Below, one piece after another: positions 17,851-27,037 of a stretch of 51,739 nucleotides of DNA. Each line of letters opens with the position of its first letter. The stretch's first letter is position 1. Where the stretch lies: contig JAZSJN010000179.1 in assembly GCA_045534315.1 (NCBI GenBank), forward strand, positions 1 to 51,739. Reading direction: 5' to 3'. Made by a program: the position numbers and the translations under genes. Below the pieces are notes generated by a model. It saw nothing but the letters and a program-made list of their open reading frames with translations. It was not told the origin of the DNA and did not search any database. This DNA comes from Candidatus Scatosoma sp. (GTDB lineage: Bacteria; Bacillota; Clostridia; Christensenellales; Borkfalkiaceae).

Positions 17851-19632
17851 ATGTTGGAAAGAAAAGAAATACCCCAAAATTTAAAATGGAATTTGACCGA
17901 CCTTTTCCCTTCGGACGAGGCGTGGGAAACGGAATACAAAGACATTGAAAAAGAATACGGTGAATACGATTTTTACGTATTTGAAGGTAAGCTTGCGGAC
18001 AAGGAAACGCTACTTGCTTGTTTGCGATTTAACGACACCGTTTCTCGGCGATTAGAAAAACTGTATATCTACGCAAACGTGCGCCACGACGAAGACGTGC
18101 GTATTGCAAAAAACACGTCCAATCTCGCCATGGTTGGCGCAATGTTTTCGAAAATCTTCGCGAAATTGTCTTTTATCGAACCGGAACTCACCACCCTTTC
18201 GGACGACGTTTTACACGGCTTTATCGCCGATCCCGATTTCGCGCCGTACGAATATATGCTCCGTAAGATAGAAAAGTCTAAGGCGCACGTATTGAGCGCA
18301 AAGGAAGAAAAGCTCCTTGCGCTCGGCAGCGACGTCATGGGCGGTTTTCAAGACGTTTTCTCGATGTTGAACAACGCCAACCTGAACTTACCAAAGGCAA
18401 GCTTTAACGGGGAAGAAACGCAGATGAGCCACGGATTGTACGGCGTAGTACTCCGCTCGGGTACGGCGGCAGAGCGCAAAGAGTGGTTTGAAAAATATTA
18501 CGGCGCGTATATCAATTTGATCGACGCGATTGCGCAGTCCTACTACGGTAACGTAAAAAAGGACGTATTTTACAAGACGGTGCGCGGGTATGAAAGTTGT
18601 ATTGCGATGGCAATGAGCGGGGAAGACGTAGATCCGATTGTATATAACAATCTGATCCAATCGGTGCATGACGGTTTGCCCGCCTTGCACGAATATATTT
18701 CTTTGCGCAAAGACGTAACGGGCATGCAAGAACAGCACGCGTACGACGTGTTCGTTCCCCTTGTGGATAATGCGGAAATTAAATTGCCGTTTGATAAAGC
18801 GTACGAACTCGTGATTGAAGGGCTTGCGCCCCTTGGTAAAGATTATCAAGCACTTTTGCGCAAGGGCAAAAACGAGGGCTGGATTGACGTTTGCGAAAAC
18901 GAAGGTAAGCGATGCGGCGCGTATTCGGCGGGAATTTACGATTGCCACCCGTACGTAATGCTCAACTACCAAGAAACGACCAACGATATTTTTACGATTG
19001 CGCACGAAATGGGGCACGCCCTTCACAGCTATAAATCTTCGGCGGCGCAGCCGTATGCGAAATCGGGTTATACGATTTTCCTTGCGGAGATCGCCAGCAC
19101 GGTCAACGAAGTCCTTTTGCTCAAGCATTTGTATAAAAACAGCACGGATAAGAATTTGAAAAAATTCTTGCTGAACTATTATATGGACACTTTCCGCGCG
19201 ACATTGTTCCGTCAAACGCAGTTTGCGGAATTTGAACAGTTGGCGCATGCAAAGGCGGAAGACGGTGAGGCGCTCACCAAAGAAAATCTCAGCGAACTGT
19301 ATTATGGCTTGAACAAGCAATATTACGGCGACGGCATTATCCACGACGACGAGATTCGCTACGAATGGGCGCGCATACCGCATTTTTACAATTCGTTCTA
19401 CGTGTACAAATACGCGACGGGGATCATCTCGGCGGTGTCGATCGTAAAGCGCATTTTGACCGAAGGGGAAAGCGCGGTGCGCGATTATTTCGAATTCCTT
19501 TCGTCGGGCGGGTGCGACGATCCCGTTTCTATTTTGAAAAAAGCGGGCGTGGATTTGACGAGCAAAGCGCCTTTCCAAGCGGCTATGGACGAATTTAAGA
19601 CGACTTTGGAAGAATTTAAAACTTTACTGTAA
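17851..19632 (+). CDS. pepF: oligoendopeptidase F (M3B family)
   Basis: HEMGHALH zinc motif with a downstream E (FLAEIAST). N-terminus W.L.DL.......W typical of PepF. 593 aa. Confidence 0.9.
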   Translation: MLERKEIPQNLKWNLTDLFPSDEAWETEYKDIEKEYGEYDFYVFEGKLADKETLLACLRFNDTVSRRLEKLYIYANVRHDEDVRIAKNTSNLAMVGAMFSKIFAKLSFIEPELTTLSDDVLHGFIADPDFAPYEYMLRKIEKSKAHVLSAKEEKLLALGSDVMGGFQDVFSMLNNANLNLPKASFNGEETQMSHGLYGVVLRSGTAAERKEWFEKYYGAYINLIDAIAQSYYGNVKKDVFYKTVRGYESCIAMAMSGEDVDPIVYNNLIQSVHDGLPALHEYISLRKDVTGMQEQHAYDVFVPLVDNAEIKLPFDKAYELVIEGLAPLGKDYQALLRKGKNEGWIDVCENEGKRCGAYSAGIYDCHPYVMLNYQETTNDIFTIAHEMGHALHSYKSSAAQPYAKSGYTIFLAEIASTVNEVLLLKHLYKNSTDKNLKKFLLNYYMDTFRATLFRQTQFAEFEQLAHAKAEDGEALTKENLSELYYGLNKQYYGDGIIHDDEIRYEWARIPHFYNSFYVYKYATGIISAVSIVKRILTEGESAVRDYFEFLSSGGCDDPVSILKKAGVDLTSKAPFQAAMDEFKTTLEEFKTLL

Positions 19633-19697
19633 AATACAAAAACAACGGGCAGATACGCGTTGAATAAAAAACGTCCTACCCGAAAGGAAGAATTATT

Positions 19698-21206
19698 ATG
19701 GCAAACGAAATGAACACGATGCCCTATAACCGCGACGCGGAAATGGCGCTGCTTGGCTGCCTTTTGATTGATAATGAAATTGCGGCGGATATTGTGGACG
19801 GCCTGACGGAAGACGATTTCTATCAGGAAGGACACAAATATATTTTGCGCGCAATGAAACGGGTGTATAACGACCGAAAACCCATCGATCTCGTTACCGT
19901 TACGGACGAGTTGGAAAAGGAAGGCAGTATCGAAAAGGCGGGCGGTATCGCGTATATTACCGAACTGACGCAAATTACGCCGTCCGCAGCAAATTATAAG
20001 TCCTATCAAGAGATCGTTGCGCGCGACAGCGTGAACAGAAAGCTTATCCGCGCGTCTAGAAAGATCATTGAAACGTCCATGAAAGGTACGGACGACAAAA
20101 CGTCGCTGGCATACGCCGAAAAGTGTATCTACGATATTTCCAAACAGACCGAACGCTCTGCGCTGATGGGTATGGATGATGGGGATATCGTGGGCGAAGT
20201 GTTGCAAAAATTCGAACAGCTGCAATCCGATCCCAATACCTTTAAGGGGATTCCTACGGGGTATAAACGTTTTGACAAGATCACGAACGGTTTGCAAGCG
20301 GGTGCTCTGATCGTCTTGGCAGCCCGTCCCGGTATGGGTAAAACGTCGCTTGCCATGAACATCGTGGAACACGCAGCGATCAACGCAGGTAAGACCTGTG
20401 CCGTGTTCTCGTTGGAAATGCCGCGTAGCGAAATCGTGCAAAGATTGATATGCTCGTATGCGAACGTGAGCATGAAAAACGCGCTGTCGGGTACGCTGTC
20501 TAAAAACGAGTGGAAAAAATTGATGCTTGCGGCAGATCGATTGAAAAAGAGCAATATTTATATCGACGATTCGTCCCGCGTAACCCCTGCGGAAATTCAG
20601 TCCAAATGTCGCCGTTTAAAGACGGCAAAAGGCGGGGTGGATTTGATCATGATCGACTATATCCAGCTGATGTCCAGCGGGGATTCCAAAATGGCGGGCT
20701 CGGAAAACAGACAACAGGAAGTCGCGTCTATCACCCGTGATCTCAAAATCATGGCAAAAGAATTGGGCGTGCCCGTTATTGCGCTGTCACAGCTTAGACG
20801 TATCACGTCCAACGAACCGCAGCTTTCCGACCTTCGTGAATCGGGGGCGATCGAGCAAGACGCCGATATCGTTATGTTTATTTCTCGTCCTGAAATGTTT
20901 GCGAGCAAGGAAGATTTGGAAAGCGGAAAAATTGTTAAGGGCGCGGCGGAATTGATTTTGGCAAAACACCGTGCCGGCGAACAGGGCAGAGTGTCCTTGA
21001 AATTTATCGGCGAATATACGAAGTTTGTGGACGTGGACGATCAAAACCGCGAAGACGAGCCGCCGCAGTACGGCACGCAACCTGCGCAATATGACGACGA
21101 CGTGGAATACGAAGCGCCTGAGGACGATTACGGGTATCCCGAACCGCCTGCGCCTAGAAAGAGTGATTTGAAGAGTGCGTCCGACGACGAGCTTCCCTTT
21201 GAGTAA
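19698..21206 (+). CDS. dnaB: replicative DNA helicase (DnaB family) with ~56-aa acidic C-terminal extension
   Basis: N-terminal P.N.DAE.A.LG.LL, Walker A AARPGMGKTS, IDYIQLM, ALSQL.R, LSDLRESGAIEQDAD, and AKHR.G. The extension DDQNREDEPPQY...SDDELPFE follows the canonical end. Confidence 0.9.
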   Translation: MANEMNTMPYNRDAEMALLGCLLIDNEIAADIVDGLTEDDFYQEGHKYILRAMKRVYNDRKPIDLVTVTDELEKEGSIEKAGGIAYITELTQITPSAANYKSYQEIVARDSVNRKLIRASRKIIETSMKGTDDKTSLAYAEKCIYDISKQTERSALMGMDDGDIVGEVLQKFEQLQSDPNTFKGIPTGYKRFDKITNGLQAGALIVLAARPGMGKTSLAMNIVEHAAINAGKTCAVFSLEMPRSEIVQRLICSYANVSMKNALSGTLSKNEWKKLMLAADRLKKSNIYIDDSSRVTPAEIQSKCRRLKTAKGGVDLIMIDYIQLMSSGDSKMAGSENRQQEVASITRDLKIMAKELGVPVIALSQLRRITSNEPQLSDLRESGAIEQDADIVMFISRPEMFASKEDLESGKIVKGAAELILAKHRAGEQGRVSLKFIGEYTKFVDVDDQNREDEPPQYGTQPAQYDDDVEYEAPEDDYGYPEPPAPRKSDLKSASDDELPFE

Positions 21207-21287
21207 GCAAGATGATCTTGCAGCCAAATTTACTATCTTACTCTACCGGTAGACAACCGCGGGCAGGTTTATAAATCTAACAAAATT

Positions 21288-22295
21288 ATGAAAACAAACA
21301 TCAAAACCATCACGCCCGAAAGCTTAGAAGAGGCGAAAAATTTAATATTTGACGGCGAAGTGCTGGCGATGCCCACGGAAACGGTGTATGGCTTGGGTGG
21401 AAACGCCTTTGACGATGGCGCGGTACGGCGCATTTTTGCGGTCAAGGGCAGACCTGCCGACAATCCGCTGATCGCGCACGTGCATACGGACTACGATCTT
21501 TCTAAAATTATCGACCACGATCCGCCGTACGCTGAAAAATTACGCAAAGCTTTTTTGCCGGGACCGTTGACGCTCGTTTATCCGTCCACGGGCAAAGTGA
21601 GCCCATACGTGTCGTGTGGATTGAATACTTTGGCGGTGCGCGTACCGTCGCACAAGGGCGCGCAAGCGTTTTTGCGGACGGTGGATATTCCCATTGTTGC
21701 GCCCAGCGCAAATTTGTCCAAACACGTTTCACCGACGTCGGCGCAGCACGTTTACGAAGATTTTAACGGGAAAATCCCGTTGATTTTGGACGGTGGCATT
21801 TGCGAAGGGGGCATTGAAAGTACGGTGTGCGACGTGACGGGGGAAATCCCCGTGATCTTGCGCCCCGGGTTGATTACGGCGGAAATGATCGCCGCGATCG
21901 TCGGCGATTGCGACGAATATAATCCCGAACTTACCGTCGGGGAAAAGGTAAAAAGCCCTGGGGTGTTGTACAAGCATTATTCTCCGCGTTGTAAAACGTT
22001 GCTGTTTGAAAATGCCGCGGACGGTTTGGCGGCTTGCAAGGGCGTGCACGAGGAACGTGTGGCGGTTCTTTGCGAAGACGCACTCGTTTCGGCGTTTACG
22101 GAAGCGGGGGCGACCGTGTTAAATTTGGGAAAAACGGAAACGGAAATGGCGGCACGATTATACGAGCTTCTGCGCGAAGCGGAAAAAATCTGCGACGTGC
22201 TAATCACGATCGAGCCGAAGAAAAAAGACGGCGTCATGGTAGGAGTTTTAAACCGACTTCGCAAGGCGTGTACGTCCGTCGATATAAAACACTAA
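21288..22295 (+). CDS. tsaC: L-threonylcarbamoyladenylate synthase (TsaC/Sua5/YwlC type, with Sua5 C-terminal domain)
   Basis: G.V.A.PTETVYGLG.NA, IF..KGRP..NPLI.H, PGP.T, VR.P.H, APSAN.S....PT.A.HV. Confidence 0.85.
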   Translation: MKTNIKTITPESLEEAKNLIFDGEVLAMPTETVYGLGGNAFDDGAVRRIFAVKGRPADNPLIAHVHTDYDLSKIIDHDPPYAEKLRKAFLPGPLTLVYPSTGKVSPYVSCGLNTLAVRVPSHKGAQAFLRTVDIPIVAPSANLSKHVSPTSAQHVYEDFNGKIPLILDGGICEGGIESTVCDVTGEIPVILRPGLITAEMIAAIVGDCDEYNPELTVGEKVKSPGVLYKHYSPRCKTLLFENAADGLAACKGVHEERVAVLCEDALVSAFTEAGATVLNLGKTETEMAARLYELLREAEKICDVLITIEPKKKDGVMVGVLNRLRKACTSVDIKH

Positions 22296-22322
22296 CGACA
22301 AAACAAGGGGGGACGGTACGCA

Positions 22323-22979
22323 ATGGCGACGCGAAAGAAGAAAAAAATCGTATTCGTTTGTACGGGTAATACTTGCCGTTCTCCAATGGCGCAATTATTG
22401 TTGGACAATCGCTTAAAAGGGCTGAAATTAAAAGGCTTTGACGTGCGTTCTGCGGGCATAGCGGCGAAGAAAGGGGACGTTATCAATCCAAAATCTGCGC
22501 AGGTGTTGCAGGAAAACGGTATCGCTTGCGAAACGTTTTTAGCGACGAAACTTACCGAAAAATTGCTTTTGGACGCGTTTGCTGTCGTTTGCATGACCGA
22601 GCGTCAGCGCGAATATTTAATGGATATGCGCTGGAACGCGCTCAAAAAGGCGGGAAAGAGTTTGGACGAGGCGGAAAATAACGTGTATTCCTTTGCGGAG
22701 ATTACGGGGTATGAAATTCTCGATCCGTACGGCAAAGATCTCAATTGCTATCGGTACGTGTTCGGGTTACTCGCGGCGGGTATGTCGCAGCTGACGGAAA
22801 AGCTTGATCTAAAAGGCAACGCTTGGGAAACGAAACCCAAAGCCCCGAAAAAGGCGAAGACGGAAAAGACGAATGTCACTGAAAGAAAAACTTCGTCAAA
22901 AACAAAGAAAAAAACGTCCGAAAAAGTAGGCGAAACGCCTAAACAAAAGGACGAGAATCAACAATTATCAATTTTTTAA
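22323..22979 (+). CDS. low-molecular-weight protein phosphatase (YwlE-like Tyr/Arg phosphatase) with Lys-rich C-terminal tail
   Basis: P-loop VCTGNTCRSPMA (CX5R-S), general-acid DPYG. About 55 extra C-terminal residues rich in K/T/E (KPKAPKKAKTEKT...KTKKKTSEK). The position between tsaC and rpiB mirrors B. subtilis ywlC-ywlE-ywlF. Confidence 0.8.
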   Translation: MATRKKKKIVFVCTGNTCRSPMAQLLLDNRLKGLKLKGFDVRSAGIAAKKGDVINPKSAQVLQENGIACETFLATKLTEKLLLDAFAVVCMTERQREYLMDMRWNALKKAGKSLDEAENNVYSFAEITGYEILDPYGKDLNCYRYVFGLLAAGMSQLTEKLDLKGNAWETKPKAPKKAKTEKTNVTERKTSSKTKKKTSEKVGETPKQKDENQQLSIF

Positions 22980-22991
22980 GGAGCAGAAATT

Positions 22992-23444
22992 ATGAAAATT
23001 GCAGTAGCTTGCGACCATGGCGGTCTGAATCTCAAAAACGCGTTGATCGCATACCTTCAAAAGAACGGTCATGAAGTAAAAGACTTCGGTACGTACACGA
23101 AAGACTCGTGTGATTATCCCGATTTTGCAGTTTTGGCGGCAGAATCGGTTGCCTGCGGGGAAAGTGACCGCGGTATCGTGGTATGTTCGTCTGGTATCGG
23201 CGTTTCAATCGTTGCAAACAAAGTGCCTGGGGTGCGTTGTGCGCATTGTCACGATTGGTATTGCGCGAAGTTTACTCGTTTGCACAACGACGCGAATATG
23301 CTCGCGTTTGGAGAAAAAGTGGTAGGTGAAGGCATGATGCAAGAAATGGTGGACGTGTTCTTGAATACCGACTACGAAGGGGGCGAACGTCACGATCGCC
23401 GTTTGGCAAAGATCAAAGCCATTGAAGAGAAATATTGCAAATAA
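22992..23444 (+). CDS. rpiB: ribose-5-phosphate isomerase B
   Basis: MKIAVACDHGG, DYPDFA, GIVVCSSGIGVSIVANK..GVRCA, and NMLAFGE are RpiB/LacAB signatures. Confidence 0.9.
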   Translation: MKIAVACDHGGLNLKNALIAYLQKNGHEVKDFGTYTKDSCDYPDFAVLAAESVACGESDRGIVVCSSGIGVSIVANKVPGVRCAHCHDWYCAKFTRLHNDANMLAFGEKVVGEGMMQEMVDVFLNTDYEGGERHDRRLAKIKAIEEKYCK

Positions 23445-23468
23445 ATTTTGGAAGGCGAAAAATAAAAA

Positions 23469-24335
23469 ATGAAGAATTTGCTGATGACAGGGTCTTTTAG
23501 CGAGATTTGGAATCAAGCCAAAGCATGGACCAAAAATTTTCTCGGCGGTTACGGATTGGTCATCGCGAAAGCGCTCGTCGTTTTCGTGTTGGGATTGCTT
23601 ATCATTTCCGTAATCAAAAAATTAGTAAAAAAGAACTCGACGAAAAGTCGTAGAATTGACAATTCAGCGGCGTCTTTTATCACTTCAATCGTAGCGTTAA
23701 TTGCGTATTTTACGCTAATCATTATCTTTATTGCGTCGCTCGGTTTTTCGACGACGGGGATTATTACGGCGCTCTCGTCCGTGATGCTTGCCGTTGCATT
23801 GGGCTTACAAAATACCCTCGCCAGCTTGGCAAACGGTATTCTGCTCATTTTCACGAAACCGTTCAAGGCGGGGGATTTTGTAGATATTGGCGGAACGAGC
23901 GGTACGGTAAAAGAGATTAAACTATTCAGCGTGAAGCTGATTACGTTGGACAATTTGACGGTTGTGATCCCGAACAATACGGTGTTTGGATCGACGATTA
24001 TCAATTACAGCAAAATGCCCGTGCGCCGTTTGGATCTTGTGCTTTCCGTGTCGTACGATTCGGACGTGGACAAGGTAAAAACGGTCGTAAATGAATATAT
24101 CGCTAAAGACGAGCGTATCAAAAAAGACCCCGCGCCTTTTTTCCGTTTGACGGAATACGGCGCAAGTTCGTTAAATTTCACGCTCCGCGTATGGGTGGAC
24201 GCGTCGGAATATTGGAGCGTCAAATTCGACCTTATGGAGGGTATATTGAAGTTGTTTGAAGAAAACGCTATCGAAATTCCTTTCGATCAGTTGGACGTAC
24301 ACGTGCGTAAAGCGGACGGGGAGGTACAAGCATGA
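23469..24335 (+). CDS. small-conductance mechanosensitive channel (MscS family)
   Basis: Three N-terminal TM helices, then the pore/beta domain motif LIFTKPFKAGDFVDIGGTSGTVKEI.LFS..L.T.DN..V.IPNN.V....I.NYS. Confidence 0.85.
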   Translation: MKNLLMTGSFSEIWNQAKAWTKNFLGGYGLVIAKALVVFVLGLLIISVIKKLVKKNSTKSRRIDNSAASFITSIVALIAYFTLIIIFIASLGFSTTGIITALSSVMLAVALGLQNTLASLANGILLIFTKPFKAGDFVDIGGTSGTVKEIKLFSVKLITLDNLTVVIPNNTVFGSTIINYSKMPVRRLDLVLSVSYDSDVDKVKTVVNEYIAKDERIKKDPAPFFRLTEYGASSLNFTLRVWVDASEYWSVKFDLMEGILKLFEENAIEIPFDQLDVHVRKADGEVQA

Positions 24336-24808
24336 TAAACGGATTATTATTGGGGCTTTCGGCAAAGGGGGCTAAACTTTTATTGGCTTACGGCACGTGC
24401 GCGGTAATTATTTTAGTTGCGTTGATCGTTATGGGCTTTATGAAACGGAATACAAAACGTCAAATGCGCCCTGAATCGGTGAAGAAAGCTTGCTTAAAAG
24501 CGAAACAATACGCGGAAAAGGCTCTTGCACAAAATTCGGGCGCACAGAAGTTTCTTGGTGCGACCAAATTGCATAAACTTAGCGTTTTGGTGGCGGAAGC
24601 GGCGTGGCTTTCCTATCAAATCGTAGAAAACAAAAAGGATATTCTTTTTGATGGGATTGCGAGTAATTTAGACGATTTAGCTACAGTTCTTTCCAAAGAA
24701 TCCGAACAGGGATATTTGCCTGAAGAGGAATATGAAAAGAGTATCAAAGACGTGATTACAAGCTTGGATGACACGATTAAGCATTTAGATAAAATAATCG
24801 GGTTATAA
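24332..24808 (+). CDS. hypothetical protein with one N-terminal TM helix
   Basis: ATGA start/stop overlap with the mscS-like gene suggests translational coupling. TM segment LLLAYGTCAVIILVALIVMGF. No family recognised. Confidence 0.55.
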   Translation: MINGLLLGLSAKGAKLLLAYGTCAVIILVALIVMGFMKRNTKRQMRPESVKKACLKAKQYAEKALAQNSGAQKFLGATKLHKLSVLVAEAAWLSYQIVENKKDILFDGIASNLDDLATVLSKESEQGYLPEEEYEKSIKDVITSLDDTIKHLDKIIGL

Positions 24809-24843
24809 TTAGGAATACAAAAGCTGGAAAAGGAAAAGAAAAA

Positions 24844-25545
24844 ATGAAACGGATCATAGCGATTGGCGGTGGGGAACTCCGCGAACGTACGACGATGAAA
24901 ATCGACGAATATATTGCAACGCTTGCAAAGGAGCACGCAGGGGAAAACAGAGCCAACGCTCTGTTTATTCCCACAGCCAGCCATGATTACATGCCTTATT
25001 ATAACACCTTCCACAAAGTGTATACGGGGACGTTTAATATCAAGACGGACGTTGCGTTGACGGTGTTTAAAGAGCCGGACATGGAGAAGATGCGCGCTAA
25101 GTTTGAAAAGGCGGACATGATCTACGTGGGCGGCGGCGACACCGTGTTTATGATCAAGCATTGGAAACAGTCGGGCTTGCTGCCGCTTATTCAAGACGCG
25201 TACGAGCGCGGCGTGGTAATCGCGGGGCTTTCAGCGGGCGCGATTTGTTGGTTTTCGGATATTTATACCGATTCGGCGGCGGCGCTTGGGGAAGGGGATA
25301 AGTACGCAATGTTCCAAGGTTTAAATTGGATAAACGGAAAAATTTCTCCCCATTACGGCGCGAGAATGCTTGACTTTGATAAAATAGTGTGTTATAATTT
25401 GGGCTGTGCTTACGGGATAGAAGACGACGCCGCGCTTGTTATAGAGAATGGCGAAATCGTCGGAAGCGTATCGAGTGGCGGAAAAGCCTGGCTGATAGAG
25501 CGAGTGAACGGAGCAATACAAAAGAAGGAAATTGCGTTGATTTAA
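24844..25545 (+). CDS. S51-family peptidase (peptidase E / dipeptidase-E-like)
   Basis: IYVGGGDT, a nucleophile elbow GLSAGA, and PHY (His) are typical of type-1-glutamine-amidotransferase-like S51 peptidases. Confidence 0.75.
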   Translation: MKRIIAIGGGELRERTTMKIDEYIATLAKEHAGENRANALFIPTASHDYMPYYNTFHKVYTGTFNIKTDVALTVFKEPDMEKMRAKFEKADMIYVGGGDTVFMIKHWKQSGLLPLIQDAYERGVVIAGLSAGAICWFSDIYTDSAAALGEGDKYAMFQGLNWINGKISPHYGARMLDFDKIVCYNLGCAYGIEDDAALVIENGEIVGSVSSGGKAWLIERVNGAIQKKEIALI

Positions 25546-25563
25546 CGTAATTTTCCATAGAAC

Positions 25564-25648
25564 GCGGACGTGGCGAAATTGGCAGACGCGCAGGTTTCAG
25601 GTTCCTGTGGGTAACTCCGTATGGGTTCAAGTCCCTTCGTCCGCACCA
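25564..25648 (+). tRNA. tRNA-Leu (anticodon CAG), class II, CCA encoded
   Basis: GCGGACG-TG-GCGAAATTGGCAGACGC-G-CAGGT TTCAGGT TCCTG-variable arm-GGGTTCAAGTCCC-TT?CGTCCGC-A-CCA. The acceptor stem is GCGGACG/CGTCCGC, the T-loop is GGTTCAAGTCC, and the anticodon-loop centre is CAG. Confidence 0.88.
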
Positions 25649-25650
25649 AA

Positions 25651-25682
25651 AAAGAGAACACCGATAGGGTGTTCTCTTTTTT
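25651..25682 (+). terminator. intrinsic terminator after tRNA-Leu
   Basis: AAGAGAACACC / gata / GGGTGTTCTCTT followed by TTTTTT. Confidence 0.8.
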
Positions 25683-25809
25683 GGTATGAAACGCACGAAA
25701 ACGAAGGGAATACGCAGAAAACATTGGTCCACGCGACGAGCGAAAAACGGTGCTTAGGGGGCGTGCGTAGACCTGCAAGTACCGCTTGACAGCCGCAAGA
25801 AAAAAATGC

Positions 25810-25838
25810 TTTACAATTTTTGCGGTATATGTTACAAT
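25810..25838 (+). promoter_or_regulatory. putative promoter of the membrane XRE regulator gene
   Basis: TTTACA, a 17-nt spacer, then TACAAT with TG at -15/-14. Confidence 0.4.
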
Positions 25839-25881
25839 AAAATCGCCAAAAGCAAACAAAAAATTACCTTTGGGAGCGATT

Positions 25882-26871
25882 ATGACAGTTGGCGAAAAAA
25901 TACAATATTATCGAAAGAAATGCGGTTTTTCACAAGAGGAGCTGGGACAGCGGCTTTTGGTCAGTCGACAAACTATCAGCCTTTGGGAAATGGACAAAAC
26001 ACTGCCAACAGTTGATAATTTGGTGCGGTTGAAAGAGATTTTCGGAGTGTCCATTGACGAGATGTTAGACGCGGCGCAAATCCCCACAGAAACGAATTTG
26101 TCACAATGTACGGCAGATCAAGCCCCGCAAAATCTGCAAAATCAGCAAGATCCCGACAAGAAAACTCTTGTTTGTTCGTTCAAAAAGGAATGGAAAGTAG
26201 GTTCTATACTTTTATTTGTCTTTTCCATTTTTTCCGTTCCGCTTGCGTTTGTAACGCTTGGCTTTGTGGCGAAAAATACGGATTTTCCCGAGGAATACTA
26301 CTGGATATTTTTCCTCTACGTACTTATTCCGCTCGGCTCGATCGTCTATGGTATGCTGTTAAAGAGAAAGGGATATGGCGGTAAAAAGAACGTTATTATA
26401 GGCGGGCTTATGGCGGGGATGTTAAGTGTTTTTGGGTTGCTGTTTGGGGCAATCTCATTAACCTATTCGCACAGCGACGAGCTTTTAATAAAAGCGGAAG
26501 AAACAATCGGGATCGATATTCCTGTATACAGGTTAATTCAGTCAGAAGACGAGGCGTACGATGACGGAGCTGGGAACAAAAAAACGAAAGCGCGTTGTTA
26601 CGTTTATTTTGACGATGACAAAGTCGAAACTTTTGAACGAGAAATGGCGGCAGACGATAAATGGATGACGACTCTTCCAACTTATTTTGTCGGAATTGTC
26701 GCGGATGATTACGGCAGTGAACACGAATACTTTCTCATTTGTAATGTGGACACGAAAGAAATCAATCGGCTTCCCAAAGAGAGTGGCGAATACTATTTTA
26801 TCTGTTTGTTGTACGATGTCGAGAATAATCAATTGGAAATTATCGAATACGTAGTAGAATACGTGGCGTAA
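25882..26871 (+). CDS. membrane-anchored XRE-family HTH regulator with C-terminal extracytoplasmic domain
   Basis: N-terminal HTH_3 motif (IQYYRKKCGFSQEELGQRLLVSRQTISLWEMDKTLPTVDNLVRLKEIFGVSIDEML), a Q-rich linker, 3-4 hydrophobic helices (aa ~110-210), and a ~130-aa C-terminal domain. The start is set at ATG 25882 (GGGAG RBS), not 25786. Confidence 0.7.
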   Translation: MTVGEKIQYYRKKCGFSQEELGQRLLVSRQTISLWEMDKTLPTVDNLVRLKEIFGVSIDEMLDAAQIPTETNLSQCTADQAPQNLQNQQDPDKKTLVCSFKKEWKVGSILLFVFSIFSVPLAFVTLGFVAKNTDFPEEYYWIFFLYVLIPLGSIVYGMLLKRKGYGGKKNVIIGGLMAGMLSVFGLLFGAISLTYSHSDELLIKAEETIGIDIPVYRLIQSEDEAYDDGAGNKKTKARCYVYFDDDKVETFEREMAADDKWMTTLPTYFVGIVADDYGSEHEYFLICNVDTKEINRLPKESGEYYFICLLYDVENNQLEIIEYVVEYVA

Positions 26872-26890
26872 TATGCGTGAACAACACAAC

Positions 26891-26918
26891 AAAACGCACC
26901 CGCTGGGGTGCGTTTTTT
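26891..26918 (+). terminator. intrinsic terminator
   Basis: AAACGCACCC / gctg / GGGTGCGTTT followed by TTTT. Confidence 0.8.
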
Positions 26919-26941
26919 ACGCGGACGACAAAAATATTTCG

Positions 26942-26958
26942 TACAACCCACGGTTGTA
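26942..26958. promoter_or_regulatory. perfect inverted repeat TACAACC-cac-GGTTGTA upstream of the HTH-ARH promoter (candidate operator)
   Basis: 7-bp arms with a 3-bp spacer, ending 21 nt upstream of the -35 hexamer at 26980. Confidence 0.35.
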
Positions 26959-26979
26959 TATAAAACAAATTAAAAGTGC

Positions 26980-27008
26980 TTGATTTTTTACCGTCGCGCC
27001 CTTATAAT
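26980..27008 (+). promoter_or_regulatory. promoter of the HTH-ADP-ribosylglycohydrolase / ribokinase operon
   Basis: TTGATT, a 17-nt spacer, then TATAAT, 30 nt upstream of ATG 27038. Confidence 0.55.
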
Positions 27009-27037
27009 AGGTATAAAGAACTCTATGGGGTGTGATT

